In this document: positions 17,860 through 26,240 of the stretch, in pieces
How positions within the stretch are numbered: position 1 is the stretch's first letter
Layout of the letters: each line of letters begins with the position of its first letter
Virus record (IMG/VR): IMGVR_UViG_3300025450_000016
Length of the DNA: 64,000 nt
Source: a virus
Reading direction: 5' to 3' (one strand)
Position numbers and translations under genes: made by a program
Notes under the pieces: model-generated
What the model was told of the DNA's origin: nothing
What the model saw: only the letters and a program-made list of their open reading frames with translations
The model's database searches: none

Positions 17860-18963
17860 TTACTTACCGCCTGCGGCAATAATGTACTTGCCGTAGCGTT
17901 TATGGAACTCATCAAAGTTCTTGAGCTTACCTGGTACTAAGGGCAAGTTATAAGTGGTCAATGCAACTCTAGCACCCATAACAACCAACTCAGTACTGAA
18001 ATTATCCATCATAAAGCGGAAGAAACAATCGGCCATTTTGTGCCATTCTTCAACTTTAGATTTGCCCAATTTGGCATAGGCGTCTTGTAATTCGTAGCAC
18101 ATAGATACTGTCAACGAATACATAGCCGACACTTCTTTGACTTCTAATTCCTTGACCTTGCCACTCAAAATATCACTTGGATTAGGCATACGGCTAGCGT
18201 GTTTACGATGAGCCATAAACTTCACTGCCAAGCCATCGCCTACAGTACCCGAAATCAAATCACTTAATTCAGCATCTGTGGCATCTTCGTCGTACAAGAA
18301 CTCTGACACGAAACTCCAAGAGCGTGGTGTAGCAAAAGCACGTGAGCTTGAACGTGGGTTAAAGTCCATCAAGTCTTGCTTGGCAAAACCAATGTAACCT
18401 ACCACGTCTTTGTGTACACGATTAGCCACAGCCCACTCGTTCCAACTATCATAGTCAGCACGTACTTCTAGGTGTACAAAACGATTGCTCAAGGGCATTG
18501 GCATACGGAATGAAACACCTTTGTCTGATTCGCGATTACCTGCGGCAACAATAACTACGTTTTCTGGCAAATGATACTTGCCAAGACGACGATTGAGAAT
18601 CAGCTGATATGCCGCGGCTTGTACAGCCGGTGCCGCCACGTTCATCTCGTCCAAGAACAAGACCACTACCGGATACTCTCGGCTCATTTCTTCTGTTGGC
18701 AAATCAACAGGTTCAGCCCAATCCATCTTGCCTGAATCTTTGTTATAGAATGGAATACCACGCAAATCTGTCGGCTCCATTTGACCCAAACGCAGGTCGA
18801 TACAATGACCGCCCAATTCACTGGCCAAACCAGCAACCAACTCTGATTTACCAATACCGGGAGGACCCCAGATAAAAACAGGACGTTTTACTTTGAACGC
18901 ACGAAGCAAACGGCTACGACATTCGCTTGGCGTTACGGTACGATTTTCACTTACTTGACTCAT
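17860..18963 (-). CDS. MoxR/dynein-related AAA+ ATPase (partner of the VWA protein)
   Basis: WGPPGIGKS, LFLDEMN, AAGNR, NRF.H, TPRSW; AGGAG RBS. Confidence 0.9.
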   Translation of the reverse strand: MSQVSENRTVTPSECRSRLLRAFKVKRPVFIWGPPGIGKSELVAGLASELGGHCIDLRLGQMEPTDLRGIPFYNKDSGKMDWAEPVDLPTEEMSREYPVVVLFLDEMNVAAPAVQAAAYQLILNRRLGKYHLPENVVIVAAGNRESDKGVSFRMPMPLSNRFVHLEVRADYDSWNEWAVANRVHKDVVGYIGFAKQDLMDFNPRSSSRAFATPRSWSFVSEFLYDEDATDAELSDLISGTVGDGLAVKFMAHRKHASRMPNPSDILSGKVKELEVKEVSAMYSLTVSMCYELQDAYAKLGKSKVEEWHKMADCFFRFMMDNFSTELVVMGARVALTTYNLPLVPGKLKNFDEFHKRYGKYIIAAGGK

Positions 18964-18997
18964 CACAGGCTCCTAAAAATTTAACTACTGAAACTAC

Positions 18998-19043
18998 ATT
19001 ATACATTATTGACAATTATTTGTCTGTTGTTTTTTAGCAAAAG
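18998..19043 (-). promoter_or_regulatory. Sigma70-type promoter CAGACA-N17-TATAAT with degenerate dyad
   Basis: Dyad CTGTTGT-N6-GCAAAAG at 19024-19043, same register as 17238. Confidence 0.7.
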
Positions 19044-19140
19044 ATGCTGGTTTTTATTTAGAGTCAAAAACCAGCAAAAAGTGACCGCAAGTTTCTGGGG
19101 TATCAAGGCTCCCCAAGGATCGCACGACCCCATTACAGCC

Positions 19141-19314
19141 TTAAACCAATTCCGCTTGCAAAATATCAACCACTTCAGCGAACGATACCTGCGCTTCGCT
19201 AGCAATATAGTCAATATCTTCAGCGGTAAAATCTGCCATTGAAGAATATTTAAATTGTTTTACCAACAACTGAGCAATACGTTCAACTTCTTTAACTGGA
19301 TTATATTTAGGCAT
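19141..19314 (-). CDS. Hypothetical protein, 57 aa (not in ORF track)
   Basis: AAGGAG RBS; MPKYNPVKEVERIAQLL...QAELV. Confidence 0.7.
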   Translation of the reverse strand: MPKYNPVKEVERIAQLLVKQFKYSSMADFTAEDIDYIASEAQVSFAEVVDILQAELV

Positions 19315-19323
19315 AACCACTCC

Positions 19324-19587
19324 TTATCTTGAAAGATTCATTATACGACCTTGGAACTCACTGAAGTCCACACGCCAAGGCACAAACATTTCGATACCGA
19401 CGCGACCTTTATCTTCTGCATCGCTCCAACTATCTTTGGTAACTACAATCTTGTAGGCTTGAAAACCCATTTCAGTATTGTGGGCATCAACGACACGACC
19501 TTCAATAAAACAGTCTTCGCGGCCCAACATTGGCTTGAAGTCATATGCACGAATTGTATCACCTTCAACCACTGTTAATCCAATCAT
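19324..19587 (-). CDS. Small beta-rich phage early protein
   Basis: AAGGAG RBS; first gene after the promoter at 19617-19645. Confidence 0.75.
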   Translation of the reverse strand: MIGLTVVEGDTIRAYDFKPMLGREDCFIEGRVVDAHNTEMGFQAYKIVVTKDSWSDAEDKGRVGIEMFVPWRVDFSEFQGRIMNLSR

Positions 19588-19616
19588 TTTTGCTCCTTGT
19601 TATTCACTATACAAGT

Positions 19617-19645
19617 ATTATAGCATTTTGGCTATTTTGGGTCTA
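19617..19645 (-). promoter_or_regulatory. Sigma70 promoter TAGACC-N17-TATAAT with extended TG
   Basis: Shares CAAAATGCTATAATA with the 17212 promoter. Confidence 0.75.
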
Positions 19646-19706
19646 CCAGAATATTAAGTGCTGTAAGTCGTTGATTTTATTGGATTTTTTACAGCAGAAT
19701 GGCAGT

Positions 19707-20855
19707 CTACGGGCGGCGAAACAGGTAAATTCCTTCGCTTTTATAGGCTTTTTCCAACTTGCCGTTGCCAACTCCCGGGCGGACGTTTAACAGCATATCT
19801 ATCTGCTCTATGTATTGGAATCCTACCTTTTCACTTAGAGCTTTCCAGCGATCCACAATAGCAAACGATTCTTTACCGTTTTTGTAGTCAGCAATATTGA
19901 CAGCGTAGATTGAATCTGGCGCCAGGGCCCGGTGAATCATTTTGAGTGTGGGTGCCACATAACCTTCAAACCACGCATCCAAGTTGTTGTACCTGTTCAT
20001 ACACTGAGTGGGCTCGTCGGTATAGGTTTCCAAGTTAAAGTAGGGCGGACTTGAAAATGCCGCATCGTAGGTACCTGGTTCGGGATCAAATTCTTCACTG
20101 GGCATACAATTCATACTGAATCCACTGCCTTGGCCTTCTTCAGTCAACAGCTCGCCCAGAGCTTGGAGACCTTGAAAAGTTCTAGTATTGGGATCAATGC
20201 CGGTATAATTGTATGCCATACGGCTGGTCATTGCCCCCATCATACGTCCGCCGTAACCCGAACTAAAGTCTAACACATTGCCCCACATAGTAGGACAGAT
20301 ATATTCCCAAACAGCACGAGCATTCATTGGCTTGAAGTTTTGTATAGTGCCGCCGTTAACCAGTTCCAACGCACGACGCAGATTTTTAGGTATAACGCTG
20401 TCCTTGCCTTCGTCACGATGCACATAACACAGTTTAATAGCACGTTTGAGTTTATTGTCGTGGTTGAAACGAGCTTTCATACTCACAGTTGCGTTGTCGT
20501 TCCATTTTGCATCTTGCATATTAGGAAACCAAAAACGTCCCAGTGGTAGTCCATCATTGTTACCCACGCCTAATTGACGGTTGACCACACTTTTATTTGC
20601 ACGAGCTACCTCACGTATCTGTTCTCTGCATCCATCTAGATCAAAGTAAGTGATAGGTACACGATTGATGCTTCGGTATATATCAAACACTTCTTGCTGA
20701 ATAGCTTCGCGACCAGCTTCATCTGCAGCCAGCCAGCGTTCCTTGCTGAGTGCTCGCAACTGTGGCAGGACTGATTCGTATCCGGTGCATACGGCAGAAG
20801 TGGGGGTGTAACCCCACTCCTGACATAATTGCTGATAGTATTGGTTAAGTATCAT
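19707..20855 (-). CDS. Amino (N6-A/N4-C) DNA methyltransferase
   Basis: VLDFSSGYGGR SAM-binding motif I, GIDPN, FSSPPYF.LE.Y motif IV. Confidence 0.85.
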   Translation of the reverse strand: MILNQYYQQLCQEWGYTPTSAVCTGYESVLPQLRALSKERWLAADEAGREAIQQEVFDIYRSINRVPITYFDLDGCREQIREVARANKSVVNRQLGVGNNDGLPLGRFWFPNMQDAKWNDNATVSMKARFNHDNKLKRAIKLCYVHRDEGKDSVIPKNLRRALELVNGGTIQNFKPMNARAVWEYICPTMWGNVLDFSSGYGGRMMGAMTSRMAYNYTGIDPNTRTFQGLQALGELLTEEGQGSGFSMNCMPSEEFDPEPGTYDAAFSSPPYFNLETYTDEPTQCMNRYNNLDAWFEGYVAPTLKMIHRALAPDSIYAVNIADYKNGKESFAIVDRWKALSEKVGFQYIEQIDMLLNVRPGVGNGKLEKAYKSEGIYLFRRP

Positions 20856-21301
20856 TTACCGGTCATTTTAAACAGTTCATCAAACATATCAACAGCCGAC
20901 ATAGATGTTTTACCTTTATCGTCTCTACCGGGAGTATCTCGATGACCGTTATAATCACCTTGACGCATACCTTTTTCTTGGTGACAATTCAAACATAGTT
21001 CTTGCAAATTAGCAGGGTCATTGTTAGTACTATCACCATCGATATGATCAATATGAAACTTACCACGCACATCACTTATCAAAGAATGATCTGTTGCACA
21101 AGGAAATCCTAAATGTCCAGATTGATTCTTACAGGCATTTTGTTTATAAGGTGCCACACCCCAAGGTAAAGCGGCGCCGGTATAACTAGCAATATGACAA
21201 TTACCGCAGTACACTCTATATCGTACACCCGGTACCCCAACACGACCTTTGATAGGAGTACAAGGTTTTCCGCATCCAGGGTTTATACAAGTTGGTCTCA
21301 T
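20852..21301 (-). CDS. HNH endonuclease with zinc-binding motifs
   Basis: HIDHIDG...NN...NL..LC..CH; additional Cys pairs at the N-terminus. Confidence 0.88.
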   Translation of the reverse strand: MRPTCINPGCGKPCTPIKGRVGVPGVRYRVYCGNCHIASYTGAALPWGVAPYKQNACKNQSGHLGFPCATDHSLISDVRGKFHIDHIDGDSTNNDPANLQELCLNCHQEKGMRQGDYNGHRDTPGRDDKGKTSMSAVDMFDELFKMTGK

Positions 21302-21660
21302 ACTTCCTCCGTAAAATATTTAATTGTTGGCAACTCTTCAATTTCATAGTTGATCCAACCTCTAATTTGTTCCAGTGTTATATCTTCCATTAACCATTCG
21401 TATTTGGTATTTCTAGATCCAACAACCAGGTGATCACTAAAAACTGTTTTGATACGTGACTCTAAAGTTTTAATTACTCGGCTAGGACCGGTCCACAAAT
21501 CACAAAATACTACTCGGTGTCCGTTTGCACCTTCGTACTTGATAGCCCGCCTAACATAGTTGGAAGTGATACCAAAGCAAATGCGAGTCGCAATGGTACC
21601 GTCTTCCAATATGATCTGCTTGGTCCAAAGATACAACCACGCCTGATCAGATACCGACAT
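21298..21660 (-). CDS. Degenerate GIY-YIG/T5orf172-like nuclease
   Basis: LYL...FGIT.N..RR...LE..IK...EW pattern. Confidence 0.5.
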   Translation of the reverse strand: MSVSDQAWLYLWTKQIILEDGTIATRICFGITSNYVRRAIKYEGANGHRVVFCDLWTGPSRVIKTLESRIKTVFSDHLVVGSRNTKYEWLMEDITLEQIRGWINYEIEELPTIKYFTEEV

Positions 21661-22816
21661 AAAGCACCATATCGTTGATTGCTGGTGCTGCCAATGTGCC
21701 GCCACAGTTTTTGTAATCAAGAATCAGAATCGGGGTCAAGCAACGGTCGGACCAGCTTTCTTTCAGCTTTTGTTTTTTCTGAAACTTTTTCAATCGTGAC
21801 TTGCAGTCTTCGTGGAATGCTTTGGGTGTTCCGTAATTGTGTTGTACGTGTCGGAACAAGTCGGCTTCAAATGCAGGAGTAATGACAAATCCTGTGTCAC
21901 GTGCTTCGGCAGCCAACCTACCAAACGCCAAAATAAAGCCGCCGTCTACGCCGTCCTCGTGTGGGAAATAGGTATCGTGCCATTTGAGTGCCCAGTCCAA
22001 ATTGTCAAGGCCATCTTCAAAGTCCTGATTGTTTTGAGTACCGTGTCCAGCAATATTATTGATACCAGCAATGTATGTGATCATACCGGGCTTTTTCTTT
22101 TGACCTTGTGCGCTGGGTGCCGGATACATATTGTTACGTTCTAACACTTCTTGTATTTTTAAACTTTGCACATCTTCACGCAGAGTAGAACCGTACAAGC
22201 GAACACCGTTAACACGCGAGCGGTGTGTCCAATACTGTCCAATTGGCTTGCGACCGTTGCCACCAAGTCTACGGAAACCATAGTTGCCTACTGCTTCGCC
22301 AGTTAAAGTTGATCCCGGTATTGTCAAATCGTCATCGACTACTTTGCATTGAATTTTAGTACCCGGAGCAATTAAACCAAAATGTAACATCACTGCAAAT
22401 GCACTACCACTCTGTTGCCCCTCCCAGGAACTGTAACGCCCAGTTTCTTTGATGTAGATAACATTAAGTGGTTGCATAACACGTGGATCAAACAGTTCAA
22501 TAATGTTGTCGGCGATGTGTGCGATTTCAATACCGCGTTGGATATCGACGTTGAAGTCAATCAGGTCCACGTCGATTTCCATAAGACGCCCAAAGTGTGC
22601 CTGTGTATACACATTGCTCTTGAGACGTTTTTTAAGATTCTGTATGCTTGCAATTATTCTTGGATCGCTGATCAATGGAGCGATGCGAGTTGGCATATCC
22701 ACGTACTTGGTTTGTGGTGTGCTTAACAATTGATTTTGGATTGCCGCAATTGGTGCATATGGATTTGGTCCGCGGTTGACCGTGCGTGGTACTACTAGAT
22801 GTGAGGCATTTTTCAT
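21647..22816 (-). CDS. ParB/Srx-like (DGQHR-type) N-terminal domain protein
   Basis: IQR....HI...I...FDP....PL.V......Y..WEGQQ. Confidence 0.55.
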   Translation of the reverse strand: MKNASHLVVPRTVNRGPNPYAPIAAIQNQLLSTPQTKYVDMPTRIAPLISDPRIIASIQNLKKRLKSNVYTQAHFGRLMEIDVDLIDFNVDIQRGIEIAHIADNIIELFDPRVMQPLNVIYIKETGRYSSWEGQQSGSAFAVMLHFGLIAPGTKIQCKVVDDDLTIPGSTLTGEAVGNYGFRRLGGNGRKPIGQYWTHRSRVNGVRLYGSTLREDVQSLKIQEVLERNNMYPAPSAQGQKKKPGMITYIAGINNIAGHGTQNNQDFEDGLDNLDWALKWHDTYFPHEDGVDGGFILAFGRLAAEARDTGFVITPAFEADLFRHVQHNYGTPKAFHEDCKSRLKKFQKKQKLKESWSDRCLTPILILDYKNCGGTLAAPAINDMVLYVGI

Positions 22817-22888
22817 TTTAAGTTTCCTTAATTAAACTCCGTAGAGTTGATTTATAAAATACTGTACGCACTCGCATACAGTCAAAAC

Positions 22889-22934
22889 AGTATAAACTAA
22901 AGAAACTTAAAAGTCTGTCGCTTTTTTACAACAG
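22889..22934 (-). promoter_or_regulatory. Sigma70-type promoter CAGACT-N17-TATACT with dyad and downstream stem-loop
   Basis: Dyad CTGTCGC-T6-ACAACAG at 22915-22934; 9-bp hairpin at 22861-22882. Confidence 0.7.
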
Positions 22935-22935
22935 A

Positions 22936-24756
22936 TTACCAAATTTTGGTTTTGTACTTGTTATAGTAGTAATCTTGGCACCAAGCCCAGTCAAAGCTGA
23001 GTTTGAGTGCTTCGTAATCTCCCCCAACTGCGTCGTGATACTCGACACCATCTGCGGCACCTTGAATACAGTACTCGGCGTTTTTCCCTTCAGCCACTGT
23101 GCACCAGGTTTTGAGTCTGTGTTGAATTTCCAAGCCAGCACCCAACACCACTTCACGCTGTAGTTTCATTGTTTCACGGAAAGCACTACGCCAGGTGATC
23201 CAAGGATCCGTGTTGAAACGACTGATACTGGCGCACACCGGAACCACTTCGTGTGCTTTGCTCAAGGTAAAGTCCAATCCCGGATCGGTTTCTAACACCA
23301 GCTTCTTGTTGTACAAATTGATGTTCATGGCACCATACTCTAGACCGTTTAAGGGATTACGACTGTGAAAAATATAGTGTTTGGGTTCTTGAAAATAGTC
23401 CGGTACAAAGTCAAACTCAAATGTGGGCAACACTTCGGTCTTGGCAAATACTGCATAGAACCAGGGTGTGTCACTCAACTTGGCAGCGGCTTTGTAAGCA
23501 GCTTCACGCCCAGTGACTCCATCACTGCGTTTGGCCCAAGGACAGATACGAGCCAGTGCTTGCCAATTATCTTCAGCCATGGGTTCGCCATTGCTGATAA
23601 ACACCACGTCTGGACGTTCGTCCTGTAACACATAGGTGTTGGTGCGTTTTTCAATATAGGGATAATCGTACACTTGTACTCGCAGATGATTTTTAACTTC
23701 ACGTGGTACCAAGGCTGTGTCACCTGATCTGTTGGCACGACTCAAGATGCGATCTTTTTGACTCCACAAGCAATGCCAGGACGCAAACTTCAAATCTGCA
23801 ACTCGAGTAAACATTGCATAAGGTGCGGTGAAGTTGTAATTCTTGATTTCTTCAATTAGATTATCCGACTCATAGTAGTGTACAGGAATATCAAATCGCG
23901 CGACTGTTTGATCTTCACAATAGTTGATCACATTGAACCAATCCAGCAACTCCAAGTCCACCATTTGCTGTGTAAAACTGGGCACGTGTACATAGAATGT
24001 GTCGCCACGTGTTTGGTTACCGGATGGAAAACAGTGAATCATTTCACGCTGGTGTGGTTCTGGATGCCAGGTAAAGTCAAAATCAGTGTAGTCACAAATA
24101 CTGCTGGCAATCCATACAAACTCTGTGGTAGCCAGGTTGGCAATGCGCTTGAACACATTGAGATGATTGTCTACATAACGTGTGAGTTTGATGTCTGGGT
24201 ACCGAGCTTTCAGTTGTTGAAACTGTGCGGCACTTTCAGGATTTAAAAAATCCATATAAAATATCTGTGTGGCATTGGCTCGTATTTTTTGATCTAACAT
24301 ATACTTGATGCCAGCTGTGCCAGGATATACAGGACCGCCATCACGTTGCCATTGTGTGCCAAAGTGATACTCGTACGGCTCTTCTGTTTCGTCTGGGTGC
24401 CACGAATAATCAAACTGACTGTCATCTATGTTGTCGGGGACTGACCAAATTGCTCGATTAGGCAGTCGAGTCACTGACTGATCTGCGTGAAAATTGTACT
24501 GTCTATTGGCCACTGTGCGTCGGTTTGCCAGATACACTCCGCCGGTGCGTTGCCATTGACTAGGCCAGGTGTGTATGTGTTCTGTTTCCCAGGGAACTGG
24601 TACATAGTCAAAATCAAATCCTGTGTAGTCATTGCCCCCATAAATATACCAGTAGTGACTAGTACGACTCAACTCGGCAGCTTGATCAATTGACTCAGCC
24701 GGACGCTCAAAAGCAAATAGATTTGGTTTTGGTCCATAATAAAAAACATCAAACAT
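22936..24756 (-). CDS. Multi-repeat glycosyltransferase-like protein (GT-A-like)
   Basis: Four F(D/E)(F/Y)...P repeats; C-terminal domain homologous to 44188..45084. Confidence 0.6.
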   Translation of the reverse strand: MFDVFYYGPKPNLFAFERPAESIDQAAELSRTSHYWYIYGGNDYTGFDFDYVPVPWETEHIHTWPSQWQRTGGVYLANRRTVANRQYNFHADQSVTRLPNRAIWSVPDNIDDSQFDYSWHPDETEEPYEYHFGTQWQRDGGPVYPGTAGIKYMLDQKIRANATQIFYMDFLNPESAAQFQQLKARYPDIKLTRYVDNHLNVFKRIANLATTEFVWIASSICDYTDFDFTWHPEPHQREMIHCFPSGNQTRGDTFYVHVPSFTQQMVDLELLDWFNVINYCEDQTVARFDIPVHYYESDNLIEEIKNYNFTAPYAMFTRVADLKFASWHCLWSQKDRILSRANRSGDTALVPREVKNHLRVQVYDYPYIEKRTNTYVLQDERPDVVFISNGEPMAEDNWQALARICPWAKRSDGVTGREAAYKAAAKLSDTPWFYAVFAKTEVLPTFEFDFVPDYFQEPKHYIFHSRNPLNGLEYGAMNINLYNKKLVLETDPGLDFTLSKAHEVVPVCASISRFNTDPWITWRSAFRETMKLQREVVLGAGLEIQHRLKTWCTVAEGKNAEYCIQGAADGVEYHDAVGGDYEALKLSFDWAWCQDYYYNKYKTKIW

Positions 24757-24757
24757 A

Positions 24758-26056
24758 ATGTATAACTTATCCGTTCATTACGAAAATATCTACAACTACC
24801 TACGTACTATTATAGCAGATGCCCGGGTCGGATATCTACATCCTTTTGGGTCAACTCAACCAGAACATATAGAAATCTTGCGGGACGATTCAAATCCGCC
24901 TGATCAAAGAGATCCACCACAGCGTCACGGTCCATTGTTTATGTTTCAAGATCAAGAGCCAATTGATTTTGATTACAATCGACCCTTGTTTGATCATTTA
25001 AAATGGAAAGTACACGCACCTTGTATATTAGTTACCACCGAACAAGAAAGTGCCGATGCAGAACTGGTTTATGCAGAATACCCATTTGCTCGATTAAATT
25101 ACTTCTTTCATATATTTGCTGCAGCCGATTGGTTTCGTGGACACCAATACTTGCCAGGCCTGGTTGCTCCTGCTGACCGCGTCTTAGAAAAAACTTATAT
25201 ATCATTTAATAGACTAACCAGTAATAGACGTATCTATCGTAGCTTGCTGGTCAACGAATTGTACAAAAACAATCTACTAGACTCGGGCTATGTGAGCTAC
25301 AGTCATCATTGTCCCGACGATGGTGCATTTGACGACAACCTACGCAAAGGTGTACCTGAATATGAATTTGATCCAGCCTACATAGAAGAAGCCATTGCCA
25401 ACATCAATCAAATACCAGAATTGCGTATTGACTTTCCCGGGCAACCAATACCCAATCAAAGTATGAACCTAGGGCCACTGGAGAATCTTATGCGTAGTTT
25501 TGTTTATGTGGTAACAGAAACCTGTTACTTCCAACGCAAGACTCACCTGACTGAAAAGATTTTTAAACCCATTGTGTTGCGTATGCCATTTATATTGACC
25601 GGTTGTGCTTACAATCTAGATTACTTACGCAGTTATGGTTTCCGTACATTCTCGGACTACTGGGACGAAAGTTATGATCGAATAGAAGATCCTGTGGCTC
25701 GATTGCAGGCCATTGTGCAAGTATTACAAACCATTGATCAAATGTCAAAGGACGAACAGAAAGCCATGCTGTTGGATATGCAACCGATACTGGATCACAA
25801 TTACAATTTGTTTAACAACGAATTGGTAGATCGGGAATGGGCTAGATTAAAACAGAGTTTACGAGATATGTGCGATCTTTATAGATTTCAGTTTCCATAT
25901 AGACCCAACCATAGACTAGGGCAGGCAATTCCAATGGATTATCCTATAGATAAAAATCCCAATGCACTGGTATGGAAGGCTGAACCTGGATATTTTAATC
26001 CACACCCGTTGCCAGACGACCAACAACCGTTTGGATTTAAGATCGCCCCCAAGTAA
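24758..26056 (+). CDS. GT10 (fucosyltransferase)-like TEK-motif glycosyltransferase, inverted
   Basis: VVTET......LTEK.FKPI....PF...G....L..LR..GF.TF...WDESYD. Confidence 0.6.
   Translation: MYNLSVHYENIYNYLRTIIADARVGYLHPFGSTQPEHIEILRDDSNPPDQRDPPQRHGPLFMFQDQEPIDFDYNRPLFDHLKWKVHAPCILVTTEQESADAELVYAEYPFARLNYFFHIFAAADWFRGHQYLPGLVAPADRVLEKTYISFNRLTSNRRIYRSLLVNELYKNNLLDSGYVSYSHHCPDDGAFDDNLRKGVPEYEFDPAYIEEAIANINQIPELRIDFPGQPIPNQSMNLGPLENLMRSFVYVVTETCYFQRKTHLTEKIFKPIVLRMPFILTGCAYNLDYLRSYGFRTFSDYWDESYDRIEDPVARLQAIVQVLQTIDQMSKDEQKAMLLDMQPILDHNYNLFNNELVDREWARLKQSLRDMCDLYRFQFPYRPNHRLGQAIPMDYPIDKNPNALVWKAEPGYFNPHPLPDDQQPFGFKIAPK
24809..24838 (-). promoter_or_regulatory. Putative internal sigma70 promoter TAGATA-N18-TATAAT with extended TG
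   Basis: Lies inside the 5' end of the inverted gene and points at ATG 24756. Confidence 0.5.
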
Positions 26057-26240
26057 TACGATTCCATACACGCTCGTGTAACCAAAATAAAAATATTTTG
26101 GTCAATATTTCTGTAAAAGCAATTCCGCTGGCCAGTAATACTTGCCCGGTTATAAGCCAACTGATAACAAAGGTATCTATAGTTCCGGTAATTCGCCAGC
26201 TTATTGCTTTTGCCAAACTACGTATAGGCTGATCACTCAA
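26037..26240 (-). CDS. DUF2061-like small membrane protein
   Basis: RSLAKAISWR...T and HERVW..I.WG signature. Confidence 0.8.
   Translation of the reverse strand: MSDQPIRSLAKAISWRITGTIDTFVISWLITGQVLLASGIAFTEILTKIFLFWLHERVWNRITWGRS

Noticed and set aside
19081-19140. Hammerhead or HDV-like ribozyme (GAAAC...GUC present)
   Set aside because: The CUGANGA core is absent (CUUGAUA instead) and I could not build an HDV pseudoknot by eye
18999-19242. ORF-track calls 18999-19214 (-) and 19009-19242 (+)
   Set aside because: They overlap a promoter and hairpins; the RBS-supported ORF 19141-19314 explains the region better
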